From positions 13,082,001 to 13,146,000 of the forward strand of contig NC_047073.1 in the NCBI RefSeq assembly GCF_902459465.1: 64,000 nt of DNA. The letters run 5' to 3'. The position numbers and the translations under genes were made by a program. Positions 37,512-50,000 of the stretch are shown here, one piece after another. The notes below the pieces were generated by a model that worked only from the letters and a program-made list of their open reading frames with translations, was not told the origin of the DNA and searched no databases. Source of the DNA: Asterias rubens (lineage: Eukaryota). Numbering within the stretch: position 1 is the stretch's first letter; every line of letters starts with the position of its first letter.

Positions 37512-37844
37512 AGTTAGTTTACGATGTCTCCCTTATTTTCGCGTAAAAACCAAGCTTGAAGTTTGTTCCATGTTTTTAACGCGCCAAAATTGAGCCATCT
37601 TGATTGACCACTTTGAGCGCGCGCGCTTTCGTGAGTTTGAAAAAGACGCAATTTCCGTCCGTCCGCGCACGTGAGGGACGGATTGTGCTCTGCGCCCGTC
37701 TTCTCGGAACGCGCGCGCCCAAAGTAGTAAATTCCTTTCATTCTATATCTATGATTCCTTTATCGTGTATGCTTAGGCGCGTTAAAAACAACAAACTTCA
37801 AGCTTGGTTTTACACGAAAATACAGGGAGACATCATAAATCAAC
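37512..37844. mobile_element. TIR element with ~70-bp inverted arms, about 190 bp upstream of the RTK ATG
   Basis: GATGTCTCCC..ATTTTCG.GTAAAA.CCAAGCTTGAAGTTTGTT...TTTTTAACGCGCC at 37512..37585 is inverted at 37776..37844. The core is CpG-rich. Confidence 0.8.
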
Positions 37845-38031
37845 AACTCCAACTGCAGTTTTTTGTTAATTTTTACTGGTGTACCATATTAGTATTGAAA
37901 ACTATTAGTCTGCAAAGTAGTCTGTTGTGCATCTTAGAATTAGTCGTTTCAATAAAAGTTTTCAGTCCTTTTGGATGACGCAAATAATAGCAATGTAGTT
38001 GTGGAAATATTCCCAACAATTAAAGGAATAT

Positions 38032-41000
38032 ATGGACAAACATTGGACATATCGTCAAAGGATTAATTTGGTTTGGACTCTCGCCTGCTTGTTGTTGCTG
38101 ATCAGACAATGTAAGTATTCTAACAATAAACAAAAATCAAATATTCATTCATTCATTTTTTTTTTACCAACTGGCAGCACAACAAACTGTGATTACAAGA
38201 GTAAACAAATATTGGGGAAAAAATGTTGCACAGATCATAAAGTCACGTTCACTTCTGCTCTCACATTTAACTTTGCTACTTCCATTGCATTCAGTACTTT
38301 TGCAGTAAGTTTTGTGTGAATATGGATGGGCGTTTTATAATGCTTCATTTAGCCTTCATTATGCAGAGCCCGAATCTACAGGTAAACAGGTAAACAGGTA
38401 AGGAGACAAAACAATGTCTGTCACTATACTATGTGCAGCTATAGGCAGGATAGGCCTAATATAAACTATATTTATTTTGCAACCGAATAATAAATTGTGT
38501 CTCTTTTTAATACGAAGGTGGAGCCCTTGACTTGAGAGACAAGCAGGCTGAGCAGAGTTCAACCAACGGCGGGTACATTGCAAAACACGCTATCGACGGG
38601 GGTCAGAACTCAATTTCGGTTACAGGTATACTTTTTATAATTATATAGGTTAACCTACAGAAGTTGTGTACGATTTAATAAATTAACTGCTAATAAACCG
38701 AGGCTTGGGGCGTTTGTAAAAAAAAAAAAGGAATATTCACGATCTTCATCGCCAACATCTTCACCACACCTGATTTACAGTAGGCCTACACCATTTTCAC
38801 CACAACCAATTTAAACAATACACCATATTCACCATGCCCCATTTACAGTATATTCACCACAACCCATTTACCCTACACCATCTTCACCACCCCCCTTTTA
38901 GTTTACAGTACACCATCTTTACTACACCCATTTACAATTTATCATTTTCACCACAACTATTATCACAAAAGATCTACACTACCATGTGCAAAGCAATTTT
39001 AAATACCGTCTTCAACACAACACCATAATAACGATAATCAACATCTTCACTACATCTATGATCTACATCACCAGTACAATTTCTGCATACACACCTACAT
39101 CTGCCGACACCCCGAGTGATCTGTTTTGATCCTAGCAGTTACCCCGATCCAATGACCCTGACCCTGACCCTGATGACCCTAACCATTACGTTTAAAACAC
39201 GAGATGGTTTTCGGAACATGGTGTTCGGAACATTGGGAACTCCGAACATCTTCACCACACCTTTATCACCATCGCGAACTTGACCACCCTCTTTTACCAC
39301 CCCTTATGTTTTATTAACAATCTTCACCACACTATCACGTAATCATCACCAATGTGCTGTGTTACTCTGATACTACGTTCCTTCACCATGTCTTAACTTT
39401 TCCTTTCCCCCCAGTGGCTGAAGTTAAACCATGGTGGAGAGTTGACCTTGGTGAAGCCTACTGCTTGAAACAAATATCTCTGAAAGTAAGAGTTGACTGT
39501 TGCGGTAAGTTTATGTTGACGTTTAAGCCCAATTCCTTTAGGTGTAGAGAATACAGACGTCACCAGTCACGTTTAGAGTCATTGTGGGTTTTTGTTTTCT
39601 TTCAGGTTAGAGGTATTATAGTAGGTGTGTACGTTCCGAAAATTTAGGAATACACAAACATTATGAAATGTACAAAAATTATAATTCGGAACTCGGCAAA
39701 CTCCCACAAGGGGGATATCAAAACCAAGCTGGCAACAGCCTAACGCCAATGAAAAACATTGGTTTAACGTCTATAATTATGAATTGCACAAAATCAACAA
39801 TACTTAGATTAGTCATTGTGAAATCAGCAGTTATAGCTTGTAGGATTTGAACTTAAAACCTTATCATTACAAGTTTTGCAGTCTTACTACTTGACTTATG
39901 TGAATGTGTTCCCAGGCTCACCGCGCCCATTTCCTGTTCATCCACTTTGTTAATTTCATGTAATCGAAATGTGGGTAACTTTGGGAAAAAACAGCATTTG
40001 ATGACAACACAGCAATTCCACAAAATAAAAGAAAATACTTTTCTTACGGTGTCGTTACTTTCTCGAAATAAATTATAAGAACAATATTTACTGCTCAAAG
40101 TGAGGGTGTTTTCTTCTCTGACAAAAGGTCTTTGCAACTGACTTTGTAATTCCACACCATTCCTTATTCATGGGTTAATATCGAAAGTCAAGACAACTCA
40201 TAACCATCTACTTTGTATTTGCAGCTAACAGACTCGACCAAGCTACAGTGAGGGCAGGCTTCAGCACAGACCACTACCTCAACCGGTTTATCGGCCCTCG
40301 TGTATCAATCAACGCGTCCGGCTTGGGAGCATTGTTGCCGTTCGTGCCCAGTCCGCTCGTCACGGCTCGTTATGTCAGCGTCAATCATGATAAGACCTCC
40401 ATCAAGATTGTAGCAATGGCAGAAGTCATGGTAGACGAACTCCTTGATACAGACACGGAAGCTGAAGTAACAGGTAAACTTTTGCATCTGTCAGATCTTC
40501 GAAATAATCGGTGACAAATGAACTGTTTTTGAGAAAAGTTGAGTGGCTCTACTAAGCCCCCATACTCGCTCACCCCAAACCAAATCCCAAGTCAGGATCA
40601 ACCCGGATTATTGGATCATCTTGGACACATAATCCGCGTCATACGGATTACTGACTCAGAAGTGAGTCGGGTTTCATAGGACCGGGAATCCGGGTCAATT
40701 CTGACCCTGAAAATGTTAAGCTTTTTTTGTTATAATAACCTCGTGAACAAAATACATGATGGTTCCGTATAATATCATAACAAGACTGACGTTTCTAATG
40801 GACTTCTTGCATGCAGAGGAAGGGTTGGACTTCACTGTTGTCATCCACCCGCCTGTAGTGGGCCAAGGTGAGATTGTCATCGGTGCATACAAAGGATGTA
40901 GGGACATCACTGCTAACGTGTCATTCGGTAGACAGTTGACGACCGGAGGAAATCAGAGCGGACTACCGGGGCAATCCAGCCAGGTCGATGACATTTACTA

Positions 41001-44000
41001 CGGTCGCGCGACGAGGTTGCTTCTTTTGCCGGATCTGGATGGAAACGACAGGGTCGGTGTCTTCTACTCCGAAGCTTCGAAAAATCAAAGCACGACTCGA
41101 ATACAGGCGATTATCCTCCCGAATGATGGTTTGTTAATTCATTTCTAGGTATACTTTAAAGTTCACAATATGTGATATTTCTTGCCCGAGTTAAAAAGCC
41201 TCCCCAAAACATGTATAATCTTTGAATTTTTTCTTTAGACGCAAATGTTCATACTGTTCCGGTATATCGGACCCTAACGACAAGCATTGGAGAGGCGGTT
41301 TCCCTTCAGATGCTCAACAAGACTTCAAACACTACCTACAGGTGGAAGCATAATGGAGATGCAATAGATGCATGGAATAATCAGCTCACGGTGTCTATTC
41401 CAAGTGTTGTCCAATCAGATGAAGGGATATATAGCTGTTTCGTGGACGGCCAAGAAGATCAACAACGTCACGGCATAATGAGACTCATAGTGCGAGGTTG
41501 GAATCTTTTACATTTGTTTAATTAAAGTTCTCGAGCTTGTTGCATCTGGTAGAATGAACTTATTTATGTGATAGTAATCAAACAGGCGGGCCGAGCGATC
41601 TAGGGCGAGAGACTCAAGTTTTTTAATTTGCAGAATGTAGGTTCAAATCCTGGCCTGATCGGTCGCGAGAGCGGTCTCCTCTCCACACAGGAGTACAAGT
41701 GATAGAGGTAAGAGTTGGGAAGTAAACTGCGACGAACTAGCATCTTGTCCAGGGAAGTCAAATTATCTCAGTCGTTTAATGTCAATGAAACCGGGTATCA
41801 AAAAAAACCCAACCTGATTAGCCTTGGGCTCGGGATAGACTTCATTGTTTGTATTTTTTTCTCGAAAAAAGGCTGTGCAGCTGGAATGTGGGGGCCGCCA
41901 TCTTGCTCGCTTTTTTGCACTCAATGTCATAATGGTGGTGTTTGTGATGACGTCACTGGAACATGCGTCTGCGCTCCGGGCTTCAGTGGAGAAAACTGCG
42001 AACAAAGTAAGTAGGGCTTCTCAAAAGGAAATTGATTGTCCAGTTTCTTAAAACAAAGAAAAAACACATTTTCGTGCATCAAAATATTGCACACTGATTA
42101 TTTATCAAATATTTATTTCATTACATATCCAACAACGCAAGCTTCCATAGCAGAATGGATATTAATTGTGAAGAAGAAAAATACATGTTCAGTGTTCAGG
42201 TTTACAATGTAGGAAACCCATTCTACATACAAAGCTCCAGTCAGTGAGGTGGGATTCGAGCTTGTGTTCACAAAAAAAATCGAAATGTAGGGAAAACACT
42301 GCTGGGCTCTCCTACTTTTTAATCTATTTCTGGTGTTTTTGAATCAGGTCATGGTCGTCATGTCTTTGGCAAGAATGCCGAGAGAAGTTGCTCTGACAAC
42401 ATCGACCCACACCACACCGACTGTCAAGGCCGTCTGTTTTGTCTCCGTGACCCGTACGGGTGCTCGTGTGCTGCAGGGTATAAAGGACTTGACTGCATGC
42501 CGGGTGAGGATTCATTGCAGCGAAATGTTTTGTGAAAGTTTAAAAGTTACAAAAATGTATGAAGGTTCCACTAACTACTCCCCCAGTATGTCTTAAAGTT
42601 GATCGACAGGGGTTTTGAAATACCAGAGCCTAACACAGGCGGTCAGATAGCCTGCTACAAAGATTAGATGCCTCTGTTATATCTGGTATGTCTGTATAGC
42701 TGTTCAATTTTGTGCAAGAAGTATATGAGTGAAAATATTTTCCAGTTCTTCTAATAATAAAAACACTCTGGAACCTGATCTCCCTCTTCGATAAATGAAT
42801 TGGTCCAATCTAGGTTATCAATGGCTATGACTCCCCCCCCCCCCCCCCCCCCCCCTTCAGGGCTTTGCACTACTTTGGGAGCGTTCGTTTAGCTTCCCTG
42901 GGTCGACCCCGGTGTGTGGCGTGTTTTTTTTCCAGGACAAACGTGTGCAGATAATTACCCACGTTCGTCTTAGAAAAAAAAACGCCACACACCGAGGTCG
43001 ACCCAGGGAAGCTAAACGAACGCACCCTATATAAAATATGCCTTGACTCCATGTTTACTTGCGCACACGTGGTTTTGAATGAATGCGCGTTGGATGAGCT
43101 CAGAGATCAAGTAGAAGGTGTTGGGTTCGAATCTCAACCGATGTTTCTTTGGAGTTGTCCCCGCATAGGACTAGAAAAGCACATAGTATGCAGTGTTTAT
43201 CATACACACACCTAATTATCTATTTCAATGTTCTCTGGTTTCGTCTAAAAAAAGAATGTGATGAAGGGACGTATGGTGTTGACTGCAAGCAAACATGCCG
43301 ATGTGTAGACGGACAAACATGTCTTAAAGACACGGGCCAATGCAGTGGAGGTGAGTATGTCATGGTTTAGTGGTTTCGGGTCAACCCTTTCTGTAATACC
43401 AATCATAATAGATAATATCCACAGCTGTGTTTCAATATGAATGATGGTTAAACTCAGATTACTAACTGTTTTTAGGGATTCACCAATAACCGGCAGACGT
43501 TTTTTTACACCGTAATTTTCCTGAAAGGTGCGTTTATTAGTTCTTACTTTTTGGGGAAAACAATATTTTAATGAATCAGGATACTGTTTCATGTACGTGT
43601 TTGTTATAAAAATAAAAATAAACTATTTTATGTGTGTTTTATTTTTGCTGTGTTTTCTCGCTTTCCTTAGAGGGTTGTGCGTCACCATACTTCGGATCCA
43701 GCTGCCTGTGCTCAAGTAAGGACAGAGAAAACTCACATTATTATAGCAACATAATTTACAAACAACAAACAACATCTGATGGACAACATGATACCATAAC
43801 GCTTGTTTTAATTAACACTGTACACGTAATAGTATAATCTCGACGGCCGCTTTTGTGCGCTTGAAATGTAATGAAGTCTTATTTTCCTAAAGATAGCCAT
43901 ATCAGTTGTTCTGTGGTAAGCACGTCACATACAAAGTTACGCAAATTAAAAAGACAGATCCATTATACGATTATGGTCACATATTTTACTCACAATGATA

Positions 44001-47000
44001 AAACAGTTTTCTCATACCGTTATTTCAAACGGTTCTTCGTTTTTGGTTCACTAGCACACCTCGATGTTTTACAATTTCAGGGGAGAGTTTGGTTGTGAGT
44101 CTTGCAGTGACGTCACAGGGACCGCGTCAACTGTCCGCAACATGGCTACCGGATCGCTGCTTCACCATCGGCTACTTCGTGAATGTCACTGACACAGCTT
44201 CTAGTCTCGTGATTGTTGGTGAACAATACATAAATAACACTGAAGAATCTGTGCTCGTCTCTGGTTTGGAGCCGTTTACTGAGTACCTAGTGCACGTTGC
44301 AGGCAACACTAGTGAGGGGCCTGGACCGTATGGAGATGGTGTTACTGTAAGGACCGATGAGTCAGGTAAGATGGACTCGTGATAGACTCGACAATTATGT
44401 CGAAATGACCAACAAATGGGTACAACTGACGAAGAGCTTAAAATACCATTTCAACTAATTTCCGGTTCACCCTAGTAACCTCAATGAGTAAAACTTGAAG
44501 ATTTCTTTCCCAACTTGGTCTTCTTTAGAGCCTACCGCGCCCTTGAACGTCACCATAACGACTGCCTACAGATCTGCCCTGATTGTTGAATGGATCGAGC
44601 CCAATACACCGAATGGGATCATTATCAACTACGACATCACCTTTTGGAGAGTCGACGTTTCATCGCCAACAACGGTCCTCACTGATATTCAACCTGGGAG
44701 CAATTTGATTTATCAAATCATTAATCTACCAATCGGTTCCACTTACTCCATACAGGTACTTGGTAATCGATAATAATATATTGAATATAACAATCGATAA
44801 GTAATAATTAAGAAAACGAGTCCTGTAAAATGTGACGAGCGTAAATTAACCAGGGCTTAAAGCACCTCAAACAATGATATTCAGCGAGAAGCTAACATTA
44901 AAGTTCCAACAGCCCAAGCTGGGAAGAGAGTCACTTACTTAGCGTAGATATATCTTGCTAAGCGTAAATGTTTATCAGCCGAAAATATGTTGCAGCTGTT
45001 GCCCCGCAGTTTTCTTGTTAAGAAAACGAAAATTTATAAAACTAATTTATAAACCAAATCTGTCCACAGGTGCGAGCTAAGACGTCTGTAGGGGCAGGTC
45101 CTTGGAGTGACGTCATCAATGGAACAACCCAAAGTGAAGGTATAAAACAAATTACAGTGAACACTCAATATGAAGACTTGAATTGCTTAACAACCAAAAC
45201 AATTATTTTTCATAATTTTATTGAATATTTGTGTATTGTTTTATTAGCCTTGTCGGGAGCTAAATGCCTCAGGGCAACAGTGAGGTGCCCGTTATCAATT
45301 GTATTTTTGTTTGTGTAAATTATTCCTTGTCGACGTTTCAGTTGTTGATAAATATGAATAAGTAGTTAACTTATGATTTATAGTAATATTAAAGCAAGGT
45401 TTAGTAAGCTGTTTTAAGTTTGACTTATGTTTTTCCCTCTGTACAGCTTTTGAGTTTGTAACGAATCTTCACTCGATGGATCGAACAGACAGAACAGTTA
45501 CCCTCCAGTGGGATCTAACGTCAAATATCCAAGGCCAAATACGAAGCTACATGGTAAATACATACACGTATTGACCAACAATTGGGCAATTAGTGAACCT
45601 CTCTTGAGCCCCGAGGGCCGGTGATTAATCACAAGAGAGTCAAACCATTTGGATGATACTTTTACTTTTGAATAGGTGGCGTACAAAGCTCTAGAGAAAC
45701 CACACCAGCCTAGTTACACAACACCGGATGAGTATCTTGGAGCTGAGGTAGAGGTCGTACCGTACAGTCTAGGCGGTCTTGAACCAGGCACGAAGTATGA
45801 GATAAGAGTCTCGGTACTGGCTGAAGACTCTGCGGAAGGTGCTGCAGTCCTGCAAGTGTACACGAGACCTCATCTCGGTAACAATTATACAGGCTAAAAT
45901 ATCATTGTTTTGAATCTGACAGGTTAAAGGCTGGTTTAATAGATGGAAAATTGCATCGGGGATAACCTTTGGTTTTATATTTTACAACGATGTGCGTTTT
46001 TGCGCAGTGTCATACCAACTAGACCACCGAAATGTTCCCGGTAGCTAGAGGCGGTTCGAATACTAGACCAAATGTTGTTTTGAATCTGACCCCGAAGGAT
46101 CGGAAATAATAGAGAGAACAAGTAAGAAAAAATGAAGTTAAAAAAAATGAGTGAGTGATAATGTCATTACTGAAGTCGGACCTAGAACAGGTTGAGGTTC
46201 TAAAGACTCTGATACAGTCATAAAAATATACATTATTGCATTATAGCATGTCAAAAGAGCTACGGAGCCAGGTGGGGGATTTCATCGTTAAGATAATCTC
46301 TCAATATCAGCATGGTGATAATTATTATGTCATCAAACCTTTCTCATCAATTTGGTACACGAACTAAAGATCATTAGCTCTTTGCGAAATGAAGCAGTGG
46401 ATTTCCTGCTTGCTTTGTACACAACTCATTGAAGGAAAACTCAACATTGAACACGAGATTATACAGTGAAGAAACAGGCCCTTCTCAAACTTTGTTCAGC
46501 AGAAATTATTTTTGAAATTAAGATACATGTAAAACTTCCATTCATCTAACTTGCATGCCGGACAATGCAGAGGAATTGTCATCCGTTTTGTGAACAAGGT
46601 GACTACATCTCTACCTGGGCTCAATTTCGTAGAGCTGCTTAAGCAGTAAAAAAAATGTTTTTAAGCAATTTGCACTGCTTATAAGCAGCTTCAATGTTCT
46701 GCTTAGCAGAAATGAGCAGGATACCAGTTACAAATTGTACATACGACACGGTAGTTTGGTTTGTAGCCTTATTATGATATGGAAAACGTAACTTTTTTTG
46801 TGCTAAGCTACTTTGTGTGCTTAAGCAGCTCTATCAAATTGGGCCTTGTTCTTTGTCTTGGTATCTTTATTTCATCTCCACATTGATTCACAGATCCTCC
46901 TGCGCCTCTTCCTCCGATAACGTACCCAGATGTATCTACTCTCTCTACAGTCACCATAAGTCTCAACACGGACAGATTCGACGACGCATACATTGTGTAA

Positions 47001-50000
47001 GCATTTGGTACAATATCCGATAGACTAGCCACCAGACTTCAAGTCTGAGATCGCGGTTATTTCTCTGCACCAGCCGCGCATAGAAGCTCCTACGGGTAGC
47101 CTGAAAACAACCACAATCACAGACTTCGGACGAGTCTAATAGGCTATGGCTTTCTGAACATCCATTACAAGGAGTATGTATTTTTAATGGTTCAAAGTGC
47201 TTCACATGATGATGACATAACCAATTAACCTATATTCGGTTACAAGTTACACACAAACATGTTAAAAAGGCATGAGTTATCAACTCATCTACACACGGTG
47301 TTTATCCCAAAAAGTTTGTTACTCTCTCTTAGCTCCTACGTAGTTCATGTCAAGAAGACAGCCTCCCCATCCGCGACCAAGAGAGATGTCGTACAGTCGC
47401 TACATTATGTAGACTCTCCGTATGATTACATAGCAGCCGAGTTCCTCAAGCAATCTGTACCGGAGGGGTTTGTAGTGGGTGATGGAGAGACGTACGGAGG
47501 TTACTACAACGCTCCATTAGCCATGAACACCGACTATGAGATTCGTGTTGGAGCGTTTAGCAAAGGCAATGGCACGGTACGTAACCATGCAGGACTCTCT
47601 TTTGGCGATAGTAACTTTCCACCTACCTTTTCGGTTTCTGTTCAAGCATCACATATCCGTTTACATCTACACACATTTGTATAACTTAAGGGCAACCTAA
47701 CATATCACGATGCAATTAACAGCAACCATTTCCAGGCAATCTCCAAGAAGAGAATTCACCATTCACATTTGAATGTTCACATAGTTGTTACTATTTATTG
47801 GGGGTCGTTAGACATGTTTGAGAAATAATGCTATGAAAGTCGTACAGCCTGCAGCATGCACTGCAATTAATTGGTTGACTTCAAGTTGTCTGTATAAGTT
47901 GCTTCGTGTGTCAAGGTCCATGGGAATCTTTTTTGGAGATACCAACTTTCCACCTACCTTTTCGATTCCTCTGTTCGATCGATTGAACATCACATCAGTT
48001 AACGGTAATTAACGTATGTTTTATTTCACTCTACGTTAGGAGGTTTCCGTTACATATTCAGAGCCAGTTTCTATCACAGGTAAGCCATAATGTTGTGCAG
48101 TTTTCATTCACTCTTTTTCCGCATTAAAGGCAGTGGACACTATTGGTAATTATTCAAAATAATTATCATCATAAAACCTTTCTTGATTACAAGAGAAACA
48201 GCTCCCTCTGAAATGACGTAGTTTTCGAGAAAGAAGTAATTTTCCACTAATTTGATTTCGAGACCTCAAGTTTAGAATTTGAGGTCTCGAAATCAAGCAT
48301 CAGAAAGCACACAACTTCGTGTGACAAGGGTGTTTTTTCTTTCATTATTATCTCGCAACTTCGACGACCGATTGAGCTCAAAAATTGCACAGGTTTGTAA
48401 TTTTATGCATATGTTGAGGTACACCAACTGTGAAGACTAGTCTTTGACAACTACCAAAATAGTCTACTGTCTTTAAAATTGATAAAATACAAAGTGCACT
48501 ACTACATTTAGGTACATGTTTGGGGATACATTTAGGTCAGGCTACATTTAGGGCTCGGGCTACATTTAGGTGCCGCACACACGTCACACATACTCATTCT
48601 TCAAACATTTTATTGAATTAAAGTTAAGTTTTCGTGTTTAACTTTTCTGAAGTTCAAGGGGTTGAGTCTTGTGACGGCAGAGGAGGAGGAAGAGGAGGTG
48701 TTAACACTGCCCTCATTGTTTTAGTCATCGTGTTTGGGGTCGGTGTCTTATTGCTTAGCATCAGTGTAATCGTTGTCAGTCTACTCTACAGGAGGAACCG
48801 CTCTCGTCCTTCGTTGAACACGGTGGCTGACGGACGGGTAATGTATAAACCAATTGCTGAATATGATATCTCTGATATCTCTGAACAATTTCATAATTGT
48901 TCGAAATCGAACTGTTTGTGTGCAGCAGTTTGGGGTATAGTAGTGCATTCTGATCTACCAACCATGGCTTCTGATGGATGATACCCAAGCCTACATCCGT
49001 ATGGACTGTAAAGGGGATAAACCCTGTTGCAGCCCCAGGAGTAGGTGGCAACGGCCCTTGGAAAAACAGTTGGTTTGTAGCCCACACCTTAAAGAGGCCG
49101 TCAAGCCTTCGTGTCTGGCGACTTCCATAAAAAAAATATTGGGGATTTACTTGTTGCCAGTGAGTTTCTACCGAAGATATTTGGGCGGTGGCATGGCGTG
49201 TTGTGGCCGAGCCGTCTAGTTCACCGGAGCCAAGTTCTTGTTTTGTCAGCAGCAGAGTGTGGGTTCAAATCCCGGCCATGACACTTGTGCCCCGAGAAAA
49301 GCACTCAACTATATAAGTACAGTTGCAAATGTAGCATTCTGCTGCACCAGCTAGGCTCCTAGTGGATGCATATCCTTACAGACTGTGAAGGGGATAACCA
49401 TGTTAAGCCCAATTAGAAGTGACAACGTGCCCCGGCCCGGTTGATCTTTTCAGAAGTGCCCCTGCTCTCATAGCTGCAACCTGTGTAACTGCAAACTCTA
49501 GTTTCAAGATAGTTTTCCCACCACAAACAGTTTCAACTCCTACAACATGATGTCGATCACTGCAAACCTTATTTTCACCATGCAAAGTTTCAAATCGTGC
49601 CTATAATGGTGTGGAATGACTGCGAAACTTTTAGATTAAGAAGATTCATCTTAAACAACGCATGCGCAGAGTTTTACAATCTTAACAAGGAAGAATGTTA
49701 ATCCTTCTTACCACTCTGTCACAGGTCGCCTCTCAATTTGTCCGGAAAGTGGACTCCGCGAGTATTGAGTTACAACCCTGCTCTGATAGTAGTCTCTGGA
49801 CAGCTAAATGTGACATAGCCTGGGAAGACCTAACCATAGATAGGTCCTTCATTGTTGGCAAGGGCCGCTTCACCGTAGTGCGCAGGGGCAGTGTGAAGAT
49901 CAAGGGAAAGATCACACAGGCAGCAATCAAAAATCTCAAAGGTAAGTTGACTCTACCCCCAGATGTGTTTTGATCTCGCTTGCCGTTGTTGCTTTACTAG

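Noticed and set aside
42833-42855. C23 homopolymer as a functional G4 element
   Set aside because: An isolated intronic mononucleotide run whose length is unreliable in assemblies.
49200-49275. tRNA gene
   Set aside because: A and B boxes are present, but I could not form a cloverleaf and the sequence continues into a SINE body.
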